Source: Bacillota bacterium (GTDB lineage Bacteria > Bacillota > Sulfobacillia > RBS10-35 > Bu92). From it: a stretch of 64,000 bases of DNA. Location: contig JADBKN010000009.1 in assembly GCA_014896375.1 (NCBI GenBank), positions 10,397-74,396 on the forward strand. Reading direction: 5' to 3'. The notes beneath the pieces are model-generated. The model was not told where the DNA came from, ran no database searches, and saw only the letters and a program-made list of their open reading frames with translations. Below are positions 24,083 through 35,050 of the stretch, piece by piece. How positions within the stretch are numbered: the first letter of the stretch is position 1; the number at the start of each line of letters is the position of its first letter. The position numbers were made by a program, and so were the translations under genes.

Positions 24083-25012
24083 GTGTTCCGTTACATCGCC
24101 CGTCGCTTCATGCTGAGCGTCCTCGCGCTCTGGGCGATCGCGACCCTGACATTCATCCTCATGCACTCCATCCCCGGCGATCCGTTCACGGATCCCAAGC
24201 TGCCGGAGCACATCCACCAGCTCCTTTTGCACAAGTACGGGCTGGACAAACCGCTCTATGAGCAGTACCTGATCTACCTGAACAACCTCCTCCACGGCGA
24301 CCTGGGCGACAGCCTGCGCTTCCGGGAGCAGTCGGTGAACAAGATGATCGCGCAGGGCTTCCCGGTATCGGCGCTCTTGGGCGTGGAGGCGCTCGCCTGG
24401 TCCGTGTCCCTGGGCCTCCTCCTCGGTCTCGTGGCGGCCCTCAACCGCAACCGCGTGCTCGACATGGTCACGATGGCGATCGCCATCATCGCCATCTCCG
24501 TGCCCAACTTCGTCATCGCGGGCGCCCTGCAGTGGCTCCTCGGCGTGAAGCTCGAGGTCCTGCCCATCGCCCGCTGGGGCGGCATCGAGTACCAGATCCT
24601 CCCCGCGGTGTCCCTCGGCTTCGGCGTCGTCGGCGGCATGGCGCGCTTCATGCGCACCTCGGTGCTCGACGTGATCACGCAGGATTACATCCGCACGGCC
24701 AAGTCGAAGGGGCTCTCCGCCTTTGAGACGGTCTGGCGGCACGTCATCCGCAACTCGCTCCTGCCCATCGTCACCATCCTCGGCCCGCTCATCGCCGGCA
24801 TCACGACGGGCACGTTCGTCGTGGAGCAGATCTTCGGCATCCCGGGCCTGGGCAAGTACTTCGTGAACTCGATCTACAACCGCGACTACCCGCTGATCAT
24901 GGGCACGACGCTCTTTTACGCGGTGATCCTGATCTTCATGAACTTCGTCGTCGACGTGCTGTACGGCGTGATCGATCCGCGCATCCGCGTCGTCGGCGGG
25001 AAGGAGGGCTGA
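24083..25012 (+). CDS. oppB: Oligopeptide ABC transporter permease
   Basis: BPD_transp_1 permease with six TM segments. GTG 24083 after AGGGGAGG. The listed 24008 start lies upstream of the RBS. Confidence 0.85.
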   Translation: MFRYIARRFMLSVLALWAIATLTFILMHSIPGDPFTDPKLPEHIHQLLLHKYGLDKPLYEQYLIYLNNLLHGDLGDSLRFREQSVNKMIAQGFPVSALLGVEALAWSVSLGLLLGLVAALNRNRVLDMVTMAIAIIAISVPNFVIAGALQWLLGVKLEVLPIARWGGIEYQILPAVSLGFGVVGGMARFMRTSVLDVITQDYIRTAKSKGLSAFETVWRHVIRNSLLPIVTILGPLIAGITTGTFVVEQIFGIPGLGKYFVNSIYNRDYPLIMGTTLFYAVILIFMNFVVDVLYGVIDPRIRVVGGKEG

Positions 25013-25014
25013 CG

Positions 25015-25935
25015 GTGGCCGTCGAGCTTCGCCCTGAGCTCTTTGAGCCGGAGGCGCTCGACGCCTCCGCCATGGAGGCGATCGAGCGGCCGCCGGTGAC
25101 CTTCTGGAGCGATGTCTGGCGCCGCTTCCGCAAGAACCGGCTCGCGATGTTCGGGCTCGTGCTCCTCGCCCTGATGCTCCTGATGGCGGCTGTGGGGCCG
25201 CTTTTGACGCCGTACGACGCCTCGGCCAACAACTGGGCGATCGGCAACAAGGGCCCGAGCCACGAGCACTGGTTCGGCACCGACCAGCTCGGCCGCGACA
25301 TCTTCACGCGGGCGTGGATCGGCACCCGCATCTCGCTCTTCATCGGCATCACGGCCGCGCTCCTCGACGTGACGATCGGCACGCTCTACGGCGTGATCTC
25401 CGGCTTTTCCGGCGGCGTCGTGGACGATGTCATGATGCGCTTCATCGACATCATGTATGGCGTGCCGTACCTGCTCCTTGTGATCCTCCTGCTCGTCGTC
25501 GTGGGGGCGGGGCTTTGGACGATCATCCTGGCGATGGGCATCTCCGGGTGGATCGGCGCGGCGCGCCTCATCCGCGGCCAGGTGCTGCAGCTGAAGGAGC
25601 AGGAGTTCGTGCTCGCGGCGCGCACCCTCGGCGCCAACAGCTGGCGCATCATGCTGCGCCACCTCGTGCCGAACGTGCTGGGGTTCCTCCTCGTGAACAT
25701 GACGCTCACGATCCCCGGCGCCATTTTCGGCGAGGCCTTCCTCTCCTTCATCGGCCTCGGCATCCAGCCGCCGCTCGCCTCGCTCGGCACGATGATCAGC
25801 GAGGGGTACCAGGTGTACCGGCTCTACCCGTATCAATGGTTCATCCCGGGGATGATCCTCGCGATCATCCTCTTCGCCTTCAACGTCGTGGGGGACGGCC
25901 TCCGCGACGCGCTCGACCCGAAACTGCGGCAGTAG
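25015..25935 (+). CDS. oppC: Oligopeptide ABC transporter permease
   Basis: OppC-type permease (EAA-like loop ...LRDALDPKLR). Confidence 0.85.
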   Translation: MAVELRPELFEPEALDASAMEAIERPPVTFWSDVWRRFRKNRLAMFGLVLLALMLLMAAVGPLLTPYDASANNWAIGNKGPSHEHWFGTDQLGRDIFTRAWIGTRISLFIGITAALLDVTIGTLYGVISGFSGGVVDDVMMRFIDIMYGVPYLLLVILLLVVVGAGLWTIILAMGISGWIGAARLIRGQVLQLKEQEFVLAARTLGANSWRIMLRHLVPNVLGFLLVNMTLTIPGAIFGEAFLSFIGLGIQPPLASLGTMISEGYQVYRLYPYQWFIPGMILAIILFAFNVVGDGLRDALDPKLRQ

Positions 25936-25951
25936 AAAGGAGGCGTCCCCG

Positions 25952-26989
25952 TTGGCGCAACCCCTCTTGTCGGTGCGGGATCTGCACGTGTCCTTCGCGA
26001 CGTACGGCGGCGAAGTGCAAGCCGTCCGGGGCGTCTCGTTCGACGTCGCGCCCGGCGAGACGCTGGCGATCGTCGGCGAGTCCGGGTCGGGCAAGTCGGT
26101 GACGATGCAGGCCGTGACGCGCCTTTTGCCCATGCCGCCGGCCATCGTGCGGCGGGGCCAGGTGATCTTCGACGGGCGCGACCTTCTCAAGCTCCCGGAA
26201 CCGGAGATGCAGAAGGTGCGCGGCGGCGACATCGGCCTCATCTTCCAGGACCCGATGACGTCCTTAAACCCGACAATGACGATCGGCCGGCAGATCGCGG
26301 AGAACATCCTCAAGCACAACCGCGTGAGCCGGCGCGAGGCGTTCGACCGCGCGGTCGAGATGCTGCGCCTTGTCGGCATCCCCAACCCGCGGGAGCGGGC
26401 GCTGCAGTACCCGCACCAGTTCTCGGGCGGCATGCGGCAGCGCGCGATGATCGCCATCGCGCTCGCCAGCCGGCCGCGCCTGCTCATCGCCGACGAGCCG
26501 ACGACCGCGCTCGACGTGACGATCCAGGCGCAGATCCTGGAGCTCATGAAGAAGCTCCAGGAGGAGCTCGGCATGGCGATCATCATGATCACGCACAACC
26601 TCGGCGTCGTCGCCAAGCTGGCCGACCGCATCGTCGTCATGTACGGCGGCAAGGTGGTGGAGTCCGGCAGCGCGCGCGACGTCTTCTACCGGCCGCAGCA
26701 TCCGTACACGGCCGCGCTCCTGCGCTCGGTGCCGCGCCTGGACGCCGACACCTCGACGGACCTGGCGAGCATCCCCGGCACGCCGCCGGACCTCTTCAAC
26801 CCGCCGCCGGGGTGCCCGTTCGCGCCGCGCTGCCAGTGGACGATGAAGATCTGCTCGCGCGCCGAGCCGGAGTTCTTCGTGGCCGAGCCGGGCCACCTCT
26901 CGGCCTGCTGGCTGCACCACCCGATGGCCGAGGCGCAGGCGCAACGCCGCGCCGCTGCAGAAGGAGGCGTCACCCATGGCCGTCGCTGA
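25952..26989 (+). CDS. oppD: Oligopeptide ABC transporter ATP-binding protein
   Basis: Walker A GESGSGKS, signature FSGGMRQR, Walker B LLIADEPT and an oligopeptide C-terminal domain. Confidence 0.9.
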   Translation: MAQPLLSVRDLHVSFATYGGEVQAVRGVSFDVAPGETLAIVGESGSGKSVTMQAVTRLLPMPPAIVRRGQVIFDGRDLLKLPEPEMQKVRGGDIGLIFQDPMTSLNPTMTIGRQIAENILKHNRVSRREAFDRAVEMLRLVGIPNPRERALQYPHQFSGGMRQRAMIAIALASRPRLLIADEPTTALDVTIQAQILELMKKLQEELGMAIIMITHNLGVVAKLADRIVVMYGGKVVESGSARDVFYRPQHPYTAALLRSVPRLDADTSTDLASIPGTPPDLFNPPPGCPFAPRCQWTMKICSRAEPEFFVAEPGHLSACWLHHPMAEAQAQRRAAAEGGVTHGRR

Positions 26990-27971
26990 ACGCGCCGTCG
27001 CCCAGGCGGGCGCGGCCACGCAACCGCTCCTTGAAGTGAAGGACCTGCGCAAGTACTTCCCCGCCGGACGCGGCGCCTGGGTCAAGGCGATCGACGGCGT
27101 CTCGTTCGAGATCCGGCGCGGCGAGGTCTTCGGCCTCGTGGGCGAGTCCGGCTGCGGCAAGACCACCGTGGGCCGGACGATCGTGCGCCTGTACCGGCCG
27201 ACGAGCGGCTCCGTGATCTACGACGGCATCGACGTGCACCGCGCCCCGGCGGCCCAGCGGCGCGCGCTCCACCGCCGCATGCAGATGATCTTCCAGGACC
27301 CGTACGCCTCGCTGAACCCGCGCATGACGGTCGGCGACATCATCGGCGAGGCGCTGGACATCCACGGGCTCGCGCCCTCCCGCAAGGCGCGCGCGGAGCG
27401 CGTGCAGGAGCTCCTGCAGACGGTGGGGCTCAACAAGGATCACGTGAACCGCTTCCCGCACGAGTTCTCGGGCGGCCAGCGGCAGCGCATCGGCATCGCG
27501 CGCGCCCTCGCCGTCGACCCGGAATTCATCGTCGCGGACGAGCCGATCTCCGCGCTCGACGTCTCCGTGCAGGCGCAGGTCGTCAACCTCATGCGCAAGC
27601 TTCAGGAGGAGCGGGGCCTGACCTACCTCTTCATCGCCCACGACCTCGCCATGGTGAAGTACCTGAGCGACCGCATCGGCGTGATGTACCTCGGCCGCAT
27701 GATGGAGATGGCCACGAGCGAGGAGCTGCACCGCCACCCGCTGCACCCGTACACGCAGGCGCTGCTCTCCGCCATCCCCATCCCGGACCCGGACGTCGAG
27801 CACTCCCGGGAGCGCATCGTCCTCCAGGGAGACGTGCCGAGCCCGGTCAACCCGCCGAGCGGCTGCCCCTTCCGCACACGCTGCCCCATCGCGCAGCAGC
27901 GCTGCGCGGAGGAGACGCCGGCATTCCGGGAGGCGGCGCCGGGCCACTTCGTCGCCTGCCACTTCGCCTAG
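26976..27971 (+). CDS. oppF: Oligopeptide ABC transporter ATP-binding protein
   Basis: [29 protein letters not shown]. Confidence 0.9.
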   Translation: MAVAERAVAQAGAATQPLLEVKDLRKYFPAGRGAWVKAIDGVSFEIRRGEVFGLVGESGCGKTTVGRTIVRLYRPTSGSVIYDGIDVHRAPAAQRRALHRRMQMIFQDPYASLNPRMTVGDIIGEALDIHGLAPSRKARAERVQELLQTVGLNKDHVNRFPHEFSGGQRQRIGIARALAVDPEFIVADEPISALDVSVQAQVVNLMRKLQEERGLTYLFIAHDLAMVKYLSDRIGVMYLGRMMEMATSEELHRHPLHPYTQALLSAIPIPDPDVEHSRERIVLQGDVPSPVNPPSGCPFRTRCPIAQQRCAEETPAFREAAPGHFVACHFA

Positions 27972-27993
27972 CCCAAGGTCCACGGACATCGCC

Positions 27994-28030
27994 GCGGGGG
28001 GAGGGGAGGGAGCGCCGCCCCTCCCCCCGC
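27994..28030 (+). other. G-run/C-run hairpin after oppF (13-bp stem cgggggggagggg / cccctccccccg, 11-nt loop), a terminator-like structure without a U-tract that could also form a G-quadruplex
   Basis: Inverted repeat read directly. Confidence 0.4.
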
Positions 28031-28084
28031 CGCCATGCGGGGGCCCGGCGGCTGGGCGCCTGTCCTTCGTGTCCCGAACCGATG

Positions 28085-28111
28085 TTCAGCCGCGCGGCCC
28101 CGTGGTAGAAT
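28085..28111 (+). promoter_or_regulatory. Candidate promoter for the ABC exporter pair: extended -10 TGgTAGAAT with a weak -35 TTCAGC
   Basis: Hexamers read directly. The 15-nt spacer is suboptimal. Confidence 0.3.
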
Positions 28112-28144
28112 GCCGGAGTACCCGACGGGAGGTCGTGCCGCGTC

Positions 28145-29920
28145 ATGTGGGTCTTCGCCCGGCTTCGGCGCTTTTACTGGCCGTACCGCTGGACGCTGCT
28201 GCTGGCCGTGGCCTCGATGGGTCTCCTCACCGCCATCGGCATCATCCGCCCCTACCTCACGAAGTGGCTGATCGACGACGTCATCCGCGGCGGGCGCATG
28301 GACCTTCTCTGGCCCATCGGGCTCGCCGTGGTGGCCGTGGCGCTGGTGCGCGGGATCTTCAACTACGGGCGCCAGTACCTGGGGGAGTGGGCGGGGCAGA
28401 AGACGGTGTACGTCCTGCGCGCCGCGCTCTATGAGAAGCTGCAGCAGCTCTCCTTCACCTTCTACGACCACGCCAAGACCGGCGACCTCATGTCCCGCCT
28501 CACCATGGACCTCGACGCCTTCCGCATGCTCTTCGCGCAGGGCTTCGTCTTCATCATGGACTTCTTCTTCATGGTGGGCTTCGGCATGATCGCCATGTGG
28601 CTGATGTCGCCGCGGCTGACGCTCGTCACCTTCGCGCTCATGCCCTTCCTCGCCGTCGCCGTCCTGCGCTTCGACCGGCGCATCCGCCCGGCCTACGCCG
28701 CCATCCGTGAGTCACTCTCGCGCCTGACGACCGTCGTCCAGGAGAACATCACCGGCATCCGCACGGTGAAGTCGTTCGCGCGGGAGGAGCACGAGGTCGA
28801 CCGCTTCCACGAGCAGAACCGCGACTTCGCCCTGAAGAACGTCGTGGCGACGGACCTCATCGCCACCTACATCCCCATCATGGAGGCGATCGGCAACCTC
28901 TCCGCCACCCTGCTCCTCTGGTACGGGGGGCGCCTCGTGATCCGGCACGAGCTCACGCTGGGCGAGCTCGTCGCTTTCTTCAGCCTCATCGGCTACCTCA
29001 TCTGGCCGCTGCGTGAGCTGGGCTTCCTCGTGAACCTCGTGGAGCAGGCACAGGCGGCCGGCGTGCGGCTCCTGGAGATCCTTGAGGCGCCGCCGCACGT
29101 GGCCTCGCCGCCGCGGCCGGTCGTCGTGCGGCGGCCGCGCGGCGCCGTGCGCTTCGAGGGCGTCGCCTTCCGCTATTCCGACGGTCCCGTGGTGCTCGAG
29201 GACATCGAGCTCGACGCGCCGGCCGGCAAGACGGTCGCGCTCCTCGGCGCCACAGGCTCCGGCAAGACCACGCTGGTCTCCCTCATCCCGCGCTTCTACG
29301 ACGTGACGCGCGGGCGCGTGTGCGTGGACGGGGTGGACGTGCGCCGCTGGGACCTGCATGCCCTGCGCTCCCAGGTGGGCTTCGTGCTCTCCGACACCTT
29401 CCTCTTCTCCGCCTCCATCCGCGAGAACATCGCCTACGGCCGGCCGGGCGCCAGCCAGGCGGAGATCGAGCGCGCGGCGCGCCTGGCGCAGGCCCACGAG
29501 TTCATCCGCGAGCTGCCGCACGGCTACGACACGGTGGTGGGGGAGCGGGGCCTCGGACTTTCCGGCGGCCAGAAGCAGCGCATCGCCATCGCGCGCGCGA
29601 TCCTCGCCGACCCGCGCATCCTCGTGCTCGACGACGCCACCTCCAGCGTGGACATGGAGACGGAGTACCTCATCCAGCAGGCGTTGGAGGAACTCATGGA
29701 GGGACGCACCACGTTCATCATCGCGCACCGCCTGTCCAGCCTGCGCCGCGCCGACGAGATCCTCGTGCTCGACCGCGGCCGCATCGTGGAGCGGGGCCGG
29801 CACGAGGAACTCCTCCTGCGGGGCGGCATCTACCGCCAGGTGTACGACGTCCAGTTCCGCGACTACGAGGAGGAGAAGGCGCGCAGGGCGAGGGTCGGGG
29901 AAGGGGGCGAGGGCGCGTGA
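28145..29920 (+). CDS. ABC exporter, fused permease/ATPase half-transporter (MsbA/MdlB-like)
   Basis: Six-TM exporter domain followed by Walker A GATGSGKTT, LSGGQKQRIAIARA, ILVLDDATS. Confidence 0.85.
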   Translation: MWVFARLRRFYWPYRWTLLLAVASMGLLTAIGIIRPYLTKWLIDDVIRGGRMDLLWPIGLAVVAVALVRGIFNYGRQYLGEWAGQKTVYVLRAALYEKLQQLSFTFYDHAKTGDLMSRLTMDLDAFRMLFAQGFVFIMDFFFMVGFGMIAMWLMSPRLTLVTFALMPFLAVAVLRFDRRIRPAYAAIRESLSRLTTVVQENITGIRTVKSFAREEHEVDRFHEQNRDFALKNVVATDLIATYIPIMEAIGNLSATLLLWYGGRLVIRHELTLGELVAFFSLIGYLIWPLRELGFLVNLVEQAQAAGVRLLEILEAPPHVASPPRPVVVRRPRGAVRFEGVAFRYSDGPVVLEDIELDAPAGKTVALLGATGSGKTTLVSLIPRFYDVTRGRVCVDGVDVRRWDLHALRSQVGFVLSDTFLFSASIRENIAYGRPGASQAEIERAARLAQAHEFIRELPHGYDTVVGERGLGLSGGQKQRIAIARAILADPRILVLDDATSSVDMETEYLIQQALEELMEGRTTFIIAHRLSSLRRADEILVLDRGRIVERGRHEELLLRGGIYRQVYDVQFRDYEEEKARRARVGEGGEGA

Positions 29921-31764
29921 GTGCCGCGCTGAAGGGGTGGTCGCGCTTTCTCGGGCAGATTCCGCTGCCGGAACGGAAGAGCGAGCGCTTCTCCTACCGC
30001 GACGAGGAGGCCGTCGAGAAGCCGTTCGACGCGCGCCAGTTGTGGCGGCTGCTCTCCTACGTGGCGCCCTACCGGGCACGGGTCGCGTGGGCGCTGGCCT
30101 TCACCCTAGTGGCCTCGGCCACGCGCCTCGCGCTGCCGTTCATCCTGGGATTGGCCATCGACCGCGCCCTCGCGCCCGGGGACATGGGCGCGCTCGACCG
30201 CTACGCCGCGGGCTATCTGGCCCTGCAGCTCGTCTACTGGGCGGCCTCTTACGTGCGCATCCGCCTGACGAACCGCATGGGCCAGGACGTGCTGCGCGAC
30301 CTGCGGGAGCAGCTCTTCCGGCACATCCAGGCGCTGTCCTTCGAGTTCTTCGACGGCCGCCCGGCCGGCAAGGTGCTCGTGCGCGTCATCAATGACGTCA
30401 ACGCCTTAAACGACCTGATGTCGAACGGAGTCGTCAACACCCTGGGCGATGCGTTCACGCTTTTGGGCATCCTCGCCATGCTCTTCTACCTGGAGCCGCG
30501 CCTGGCGCTCGTCTCGGTGGTCGTCGTGCCTGTGATGTTCCTCATCTCCACGCGGCTGCGCGTGCGCATCCGCCGCGCCTGGCAGGCCGTGCGCATCCGC
30601 CTCGCCACCATCAACGCCCACCTCAACGAGGCGCTGCAGGGCATGCGCGTCACGCAGGCGTTCACCCAAGAGCGGGAGAACCACGTGTTCTTCAGCAACC
30701 TCAACTTCGCCAACTACCGCGCTTACATGCGCGCCGTGCACCAGAACTCGCAGTTCGGGCCGCTCGTGGAGCTCACGGGCGCCGTGGGCACGGCCGCCGT
30801 CTTCATCTACGGCGTGCTCCTCTGGCGGCAGGGCGCGATCTCCCTGGGAAACCTCGTGGCCTTCGTCAACTACACGGGGAACTTCTGGGAGCCGATCTCC
30901 CGCATCGGGCAGGTCTACAGCACCCTGCTCGTGGCCATGGCGTCCTCGGAGCGGATCTTCGAGATCCTCGACACGCCGGCGAGAATCACCAACCGGCCGG
31001 GGGCGCTGCCGGCGCCGCGCCTCGAGGGACGCGTGACGTTCGAACACGTGCACTTCGCCTATGAGAAGGAGCGCGGCGAGGCGCTGCGCGACGTCAGCTT
31101 CGACGTGCCGCCGGGGACCACGGTGGCGCTCGTCGGGCACACGGGCGCGGGCAAGACGTCGATCGTCAACCTCATCGCGCGCTTTTACGACGTGACCTCC
31201 GGCCGGGTGCTGCTCGACGGCCGGGACGTGCGCGACTACGACCTCGCCACCCTGCGGCGCCAGATCGCCTTCGTGCTGCAGGACACCTTCGTCTTCGCCG
31301 GCACGATCCGCGACAACATCCGCTACGGGCGCCTTGACGCCACGGACGAGGAGGTGGAGGCGGCGGCGCGCGCCGTGCACGCGCACGACTTCATCATGCA
31401 GCTGCCCCAGGGATACGACACCGAGGTGCGGGAGCGCGGCAGCCGGCTCTCCGCCGGCCAGCGCCAGCTGCTCTCCTTCGCGCGCGCGGTGCTCGCGGAC
31501 CCGCGCATCCTCATCCTCGACGAGGCCACCTCCGCCATCGACACGCAGACGGAGCTCCTCATCCAGGACGCGCTGGCGCGCCTCCTGAAGGGGCGCACGT
31601 CCTTCGTCGTGGCGCACCGGCTGTCGACCATCCGCCGCGCCGACCTCATCCTCGTGCTCGACCACGGCCGCATCGTGGAGCGCGGCGACCACGCCACGCT
31701 CGTGGCCAAGCGCGGAGTGTACCACCGGCTTCTGGAGTCCCAGTACCGCTTCCTGGTACACTAA
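29917..31764 (+). CDS. ABC exporter half-transporter, partner of the upstream gene
   Basis: GTGA overlap with the upstream stop. TM domain plus GHTGAGKTS, LSAGQRQLLSFARA, ILILDEATS. The listed 814-aa ORF is a frame run-on. Confidence 0.85.
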   Translation: MSAALKGWSRFLGQIPLPERKSERFSYRDEEAVEKPFDARQLWRLLSYVAPYRARVAWALAFTLVASATRLALPFILGLAIDRALAPGDMGALDRYAAGYLALQLVYWAASYVRIRLTNRMGQDVLRDLREQLFRHIQALSFEFFDGRPAGKVLVRVINDVNALNDLMSNGVVNTLGDAFTLLGILAMLFYLEPRLALVSVVVVPVMFLISTRLRVRIRRAWQAVRIRLATINAHLNEALQGMRVTQAFTQERENHVFFSNLNFANYRAYMRAVHQNSQFGPLVELTGAVGTAAVFIYGVLLWRQGAISLGNLVAFVNYTGNFWEPISRIGQVYSTLLVAMASSERIFEILDTPARITNRPGALPAPRLEGRVTFEHVHFAYEKERGEALRDVSFDVPPGTTVALVGHTGAGKTSIVNLIARFYDVTSGRVLLDGRDVRDYDLATLRRQIAFVLQDTFVFAGTIRDNIRYGRLDATDEEVEAAARAVHAHDFIMQLPQGYDTEVRERGSRLSAGQRQLLSFARAVLADPRILILDEATSAIDTQTELLIQDALARLLKGRTSFVVAHRLSTIRRADLILVLDHGRIVERGDHATLVAKRGVYHRLLESQYRFLVH

Positions 31765-31769
31765 ACTCC

Positions 31770-32327
31770 ATGAACATGAACCCTCACGAAGACGTGGCCG
31801 AGGTCCTCGTCACGGCGGAGGAGATCGCCCGGCGCACGGAGGAGCTGGCGCGCACGCTGGAACGGGACTACGCCGGCCGCCCGCTGAAGATGGTCTGCAT
31901 CCTCAAGGGCGCCGTGCCCTTCGCCGCGGACCTCATGCGCGCCATGAACCACCCGGTGGCGCTGGACTTCATGGCCGTCTCCAGTTACGGCGCCTCCACG
32001 AAGTCCTCCGGCGTCGTCCGCCTCCTCAATGACCTGGACGAGAGCATCGAGGGCCAGGACGTGCTCATCGTGGAGGACATCGTGGACACCGGCCTGACCC
32101 TCAAGTACCTGCGGGAGAACCTCAGCGCCCGCGGCCCGCGCAGCCTGCGCGTGGCGGTGCTCCTCGACAAGCGCGAGCGCCGGCTTGTGGACGTCGAGGT
32201 GGAATACGTCGGCTTCCGCATCCCGGACCGCTTCGTGGTGGGCTACGGGCTCGACTACGCCGGCTTCTACCGCAACCTGCCCTACGTGGGCGTGCTGAAG
32301 CCGTCGGTGTATGAGGAGGCGCCATGA
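31770..32327 (+). CDS. hpt: Hypoxanthine-guanine phosphoribosyltransferase
   Basis: PRPP motif [14 protein letters not shown] and a typical HPRT fold. Confidence 0.9.
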   Translation: MNMNPHEDVAEVLVTAEEIARRTEELARTLERDYAGRPLKMVCILKGAVPFAADLMRAMNHPVALDFMAVSSYGASTKSSGVVRLLNDLDESIEGQDVLIVEDIVDTGLTLKYLRENLSARGPRSLRVAVLLDKRERRLVDVEVEYVGFRIPDRFVVGYGLDYAGFYRNLPYVGVLKPSVYEEAP

Positions 32328-32878
32328 ACCGGCCGCCGCGCCCGCATGCGGATGTCGACGCCATCCTCTTCGACGAGGCGGCCATCGCCCGCCGCGTGGA
32401 GGAGATCGCCGCAGCCGTCAACGCCGCCCAGGACGGGCGGGAGCTCACCGTGGTGGGGGTGCTCACCGGCGCCTGCGCCTTCACCGCCGACCTCATCCGG
32501 CGCCTCGACATGCCCATGCTGCTCGACTTCATCGCCGTCTCCAGCTACGGCCAGTCGACGACGACAAGCGGCGTCGTGCGGCTCAATAAGGACCTCGACA
32601 TCCCGCTTGAGGGCCGCGATGTGCTCGTGGTGGAGGACATCGTCGACACGGGGCTCACGCTTCAGTACCTGCGCGAGAACCTCCTCGCCCGGCGGCCGCG
32701 CTCCCTGCGCATCGCGGTCCTCCTCGACAAGCGCAGCCGCCGCCAGGTGGAGGTGCCTGTGGACTACATCGGCTTCGAGATCCCGGACGTGTTCGTCGTC
32801 GGCTACGGCATCGATTACGCCGGCCGCTACCGCAACCTGCCCTACGTGGCCACGCTGAAGCCGGAGGTGTACTCATGA
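32324..32878 (+). CDS. hpt: Second hypoxanthine phosphoribosyltransferase paralog (tandem duplicate)
   Basis: [14 protein letters not shown]. High similarity (roughly 55-60% identity, estimated by eye) to the upstream copy. ATGA overlaps on both sides. Confidence 0.85.
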   Translation: MNRPPRPHADVDAILFDEAAIARRVEEIAAAVNAAQDGRELTVVGVLTGACAFTADLIRRLDMPMLLDFIAVSSYGQSTTTSGVVRLNKDLDIPLEGRDVLVVEDIVDTGLTLQYLRENLLARRPRSLRIAVLLDKRSRRQVEVPVDYIGFEIPDVFVVGYGIDYAGRYRNLPYVATLKPEVYS

Positions 32879-34416
32879 GCGGCGCCGCCCGACGCCGCAA
32901 GGTGGTCGTGCTCGATTTCGGCGCGCAGTACGCGCAGCTGATCTGCCGCCGCGTGCGCGAGGCGGGCGTCTACGCGGAGCTCTGGCCGCACGACGCGCCC
33001 GGCGCGCGCTGGGAGGGTTCGGACGTGGCCGCCATCATCCTCTCCGGCGGCCCGGAGAGCGTGTACGCGGAGGGCGCGCCGCGTGTCGACACGGCGGCCT
33101 TCGTGGGACGCCCGGTGCTCGGCATCTGCTACGGCATGCAGCTTTTGGCGCACCTGCTCGGCGGGCGCGTGGTCCCCGGGGCGGTGGGCGAGTACGGCCG
33201 CGCGCGCCTCACGGTGGAGGAGCCGCTCGACCTTTTCCACGGGCTGCCGCCCTCCATGGACGTGTGGATGAGCCACGGCGACCACGTCGTGGAGCCGCCG
33301 CCCGGTTTCCGCGTGCTGGCGCGCTCGGAGGCGGGCGTCATCGCCGCCGTCGGGGACCCGGAGCGGCGCTGGTACGGCGTGCAGTTCCACCCCGAGGTGA
33401 CGCACACGCCCGGCGGCACCGCCCTCATCCGCAACTTCCTCTTCCGCGTCGCGGGCCTGCGCGCCGAGTGGACGCCCGCCTCGTTCATCGACGAGGCCGT
33501 GGAGCGCATCCGGCAGCAGGTGGGCGAGGGACGCGCCATCGCCGCGCTCTCCGGGGGCGTCGACTCCATGGTGGCGGCGGCGCTCGTGCACCGCGCGATC
33601 GGCGAGCGGCTCACCGCCGTGTTCGTCGACCACGGCCTCCTGCGCGAGGGCGAGGCGGAGGAGGTGCGCCGCCTCGTCGGCGGCACGCTCGGCATGCCCC
33701 TCAAGGTGGTCGACGCGCGGCAGCGCTTTCTCGACGAGCTGCGCGGCGTCGTCGACCCGGAAGAGAAGCGCCGGCGCATCGGCCGCACGTTCATCGAGCT
33801 CTTCGAGGCGGCCACGACGGAGCTCGGCGGCGCGGAGTTCCTTGTGCAGGGCACGCTCTACCCGGACGTGGTGGAGAGCGGCCGCGGCGCCGCCGACGTG
33901 ATCAAGACGCACCACAACGTGGGCGGGCTGCCGGAGCGCATGCGGCTGCGCCTCGTGGAGCCGCTGCGGGAGCTCTTCAAGGACGAGGTGCGGGCCGTGG
34001 GCCGCCAGCTGGGCCTGCCGGAAGCCGCCGTGATGCGCCAGCCCTTCCCCGGACCGGGCCTGGCCGTGCGCATCGTGGGGGAGGTCACGGCGGAGCGCTT
34101 GCGCGTGCTGCGCGCCGCCGACGCCATCGTGCGCGCGGAGGTCGAGCGGGCGGGCCTCGCCCGGGGTCTCTGGCAGTACTTCGCCGTGCTCACGGGCGCG
34201 CACACGGTGGGCGTGAAGGGCGACCGGCGCGCATACGGCGAGACGGTCGCCGTGCGCGCCGTGACGAGCGAGGACGCCATGACGGCCGACTGGGCCGAGC
34301 TGCCGCACGAGGTGCTGAAGCGCATCGCCGACCGCATCACGGCGGAGGTGCCCGGCTGCACGCGGGTCGTGTACGACATCACCTCGAAGCCCCCGGGCAC
34401 CATCGAGTGGGAGTGA
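32875..34416 (+). CDS. guaA: GMP synthase (glutamine-hydrolysing)
   Basis: GATase domain (GICYGMQLL), ATP-PPase SGGVDS motif and a C-terminal dimerisation domain. Confidence 0.95.
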   Translation: MSGAARRRKVVVLDFGAQYAQLICRRVREAGVYAELWPHDAPGARWEGSDVAAIILSGGPESVYAEGAPRVDTAAFVGRPVLGICYGMQLLAHLLGGRVVPGAVGEYGRARLTVEEPLDLFHGLPPSMDVWMSHGDHVVEPPPGFRVLARSEAGVIAAVGDPERRWYGVQFHPEVTHTPGGTALIRNFLFRVAGLRAEWTPASFIDEAVERIRQQVGEGRAIAALSGGVDSMVAAALVHRAIGERLTAVFVDHGLLREGEAEEVRRLVGGTLGMPLKVVDARQRFLDELRGVVDPEEKRRRIGRTFIELFEAATTELGGAEFLVQGTLYPDVVESGRGAADVIKTHHNVGGLPERMRLRLVEPLRELFKDEVRAVGRQLGLPEAAVMRQPFPGPGLAVRIVGEVTAERLRVLRAADAIVRAEVERAGLARGLWQYFAVLTGAHTVGVKGDRRAYGETVAVRAVTSEDAMTADWAELPHEVLKRIADRITAEVPGCTRVVYDITSKPPGTIEWE

Positions 34417-34486
34417 AGGCGCCGCGGCGCGCGGGCGCATAGGCGCGCTCCGGCTGTGGAACACTCGGCCTGACGGAGGTCGGGCC

Positions 34487-35002
34487 ATGCGTCGGCGGGG
34501 CGTCCGCGTCGCGCTCCTCGCGGTGGTGATGGCGGCGGCGGCCGCCGCCCCCGCCTGCACCCAGGCGGGCGGCGGGCAGCCGCGCCAGTCGCCGGCGCCC
34601 GACCGCATGGAGATCCGCTCCATCGTCAAGGACGAGCTGCAATCCGCCGAGGTCCGCGCCGAGATCCAGAACGCCGTGCGCCAGGAGGCGGTGGCGCCGG
34701 AGATCCAGCGCACCCTCAGCTCCCCGGAGAGCCAGAAGCTGATCCTGGACCAGATGACGAAGATCATGGCCTCTCCCGAGTTCCAGAAAGCCCTTGAGAA
34801 GGAGATGTCGACGCTCATTCAATCGACGCGCATGCAGGCGGCGATCCTGCAAAGCGTGCGGACGGCGCTCATGCAGCTGGCCTCGGGCGGGGGCGGGGCG
34901 GCCGGAGGGGGCGCCGGCGGCGGTAGCGGCGGGTCGGGCGGCGGAGGCGGCGGGTCGGGCGGCGGGGGCGGCGCGTCTTCCGGCAGTGGAGGTGGCGGCT
35001 AG
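34487..35002 (+). CDS. Secreted protein or lipoprotein with a helical core and a C-terminal Gly/Ser-rich tail
   Basis: Signal peptide VALLAVVMAAAAAAPAC, Glu/Gln-rich helical region, then about 50 residues of G/S/A. GGAGG RBS. Confidence 0.55.
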   Translation: MRRRGVRVALLAVVMAAAAAAPACTQAGGGQPRQSPAPDRMEIRSIVKDELQSAEVRAEIQNAVRQEAVAPEIQRTLSSPESQKLILDQMTKIMASPEFQKALEKEMSTLIQSTRMQAAILQSVRTALMQLASGGGGAAGGGAGGGSGGSGGGGGGSGGGGGASSGSGGGG

Positions 35003-35009
35003 TCTAAGC

Positions 35010-35050
35010 GACCTTCGTCCGGTGGAATTGGGACGAAGGTCCTATTTTTC
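35010..35050 (+). terminator. Rho-independent terminator (11-bp stem gaccttcgtcc / ggacgaaggtc, 10-nt loop, CTATTTTT)
   Basis: Read directly. Confidence 0.8.
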
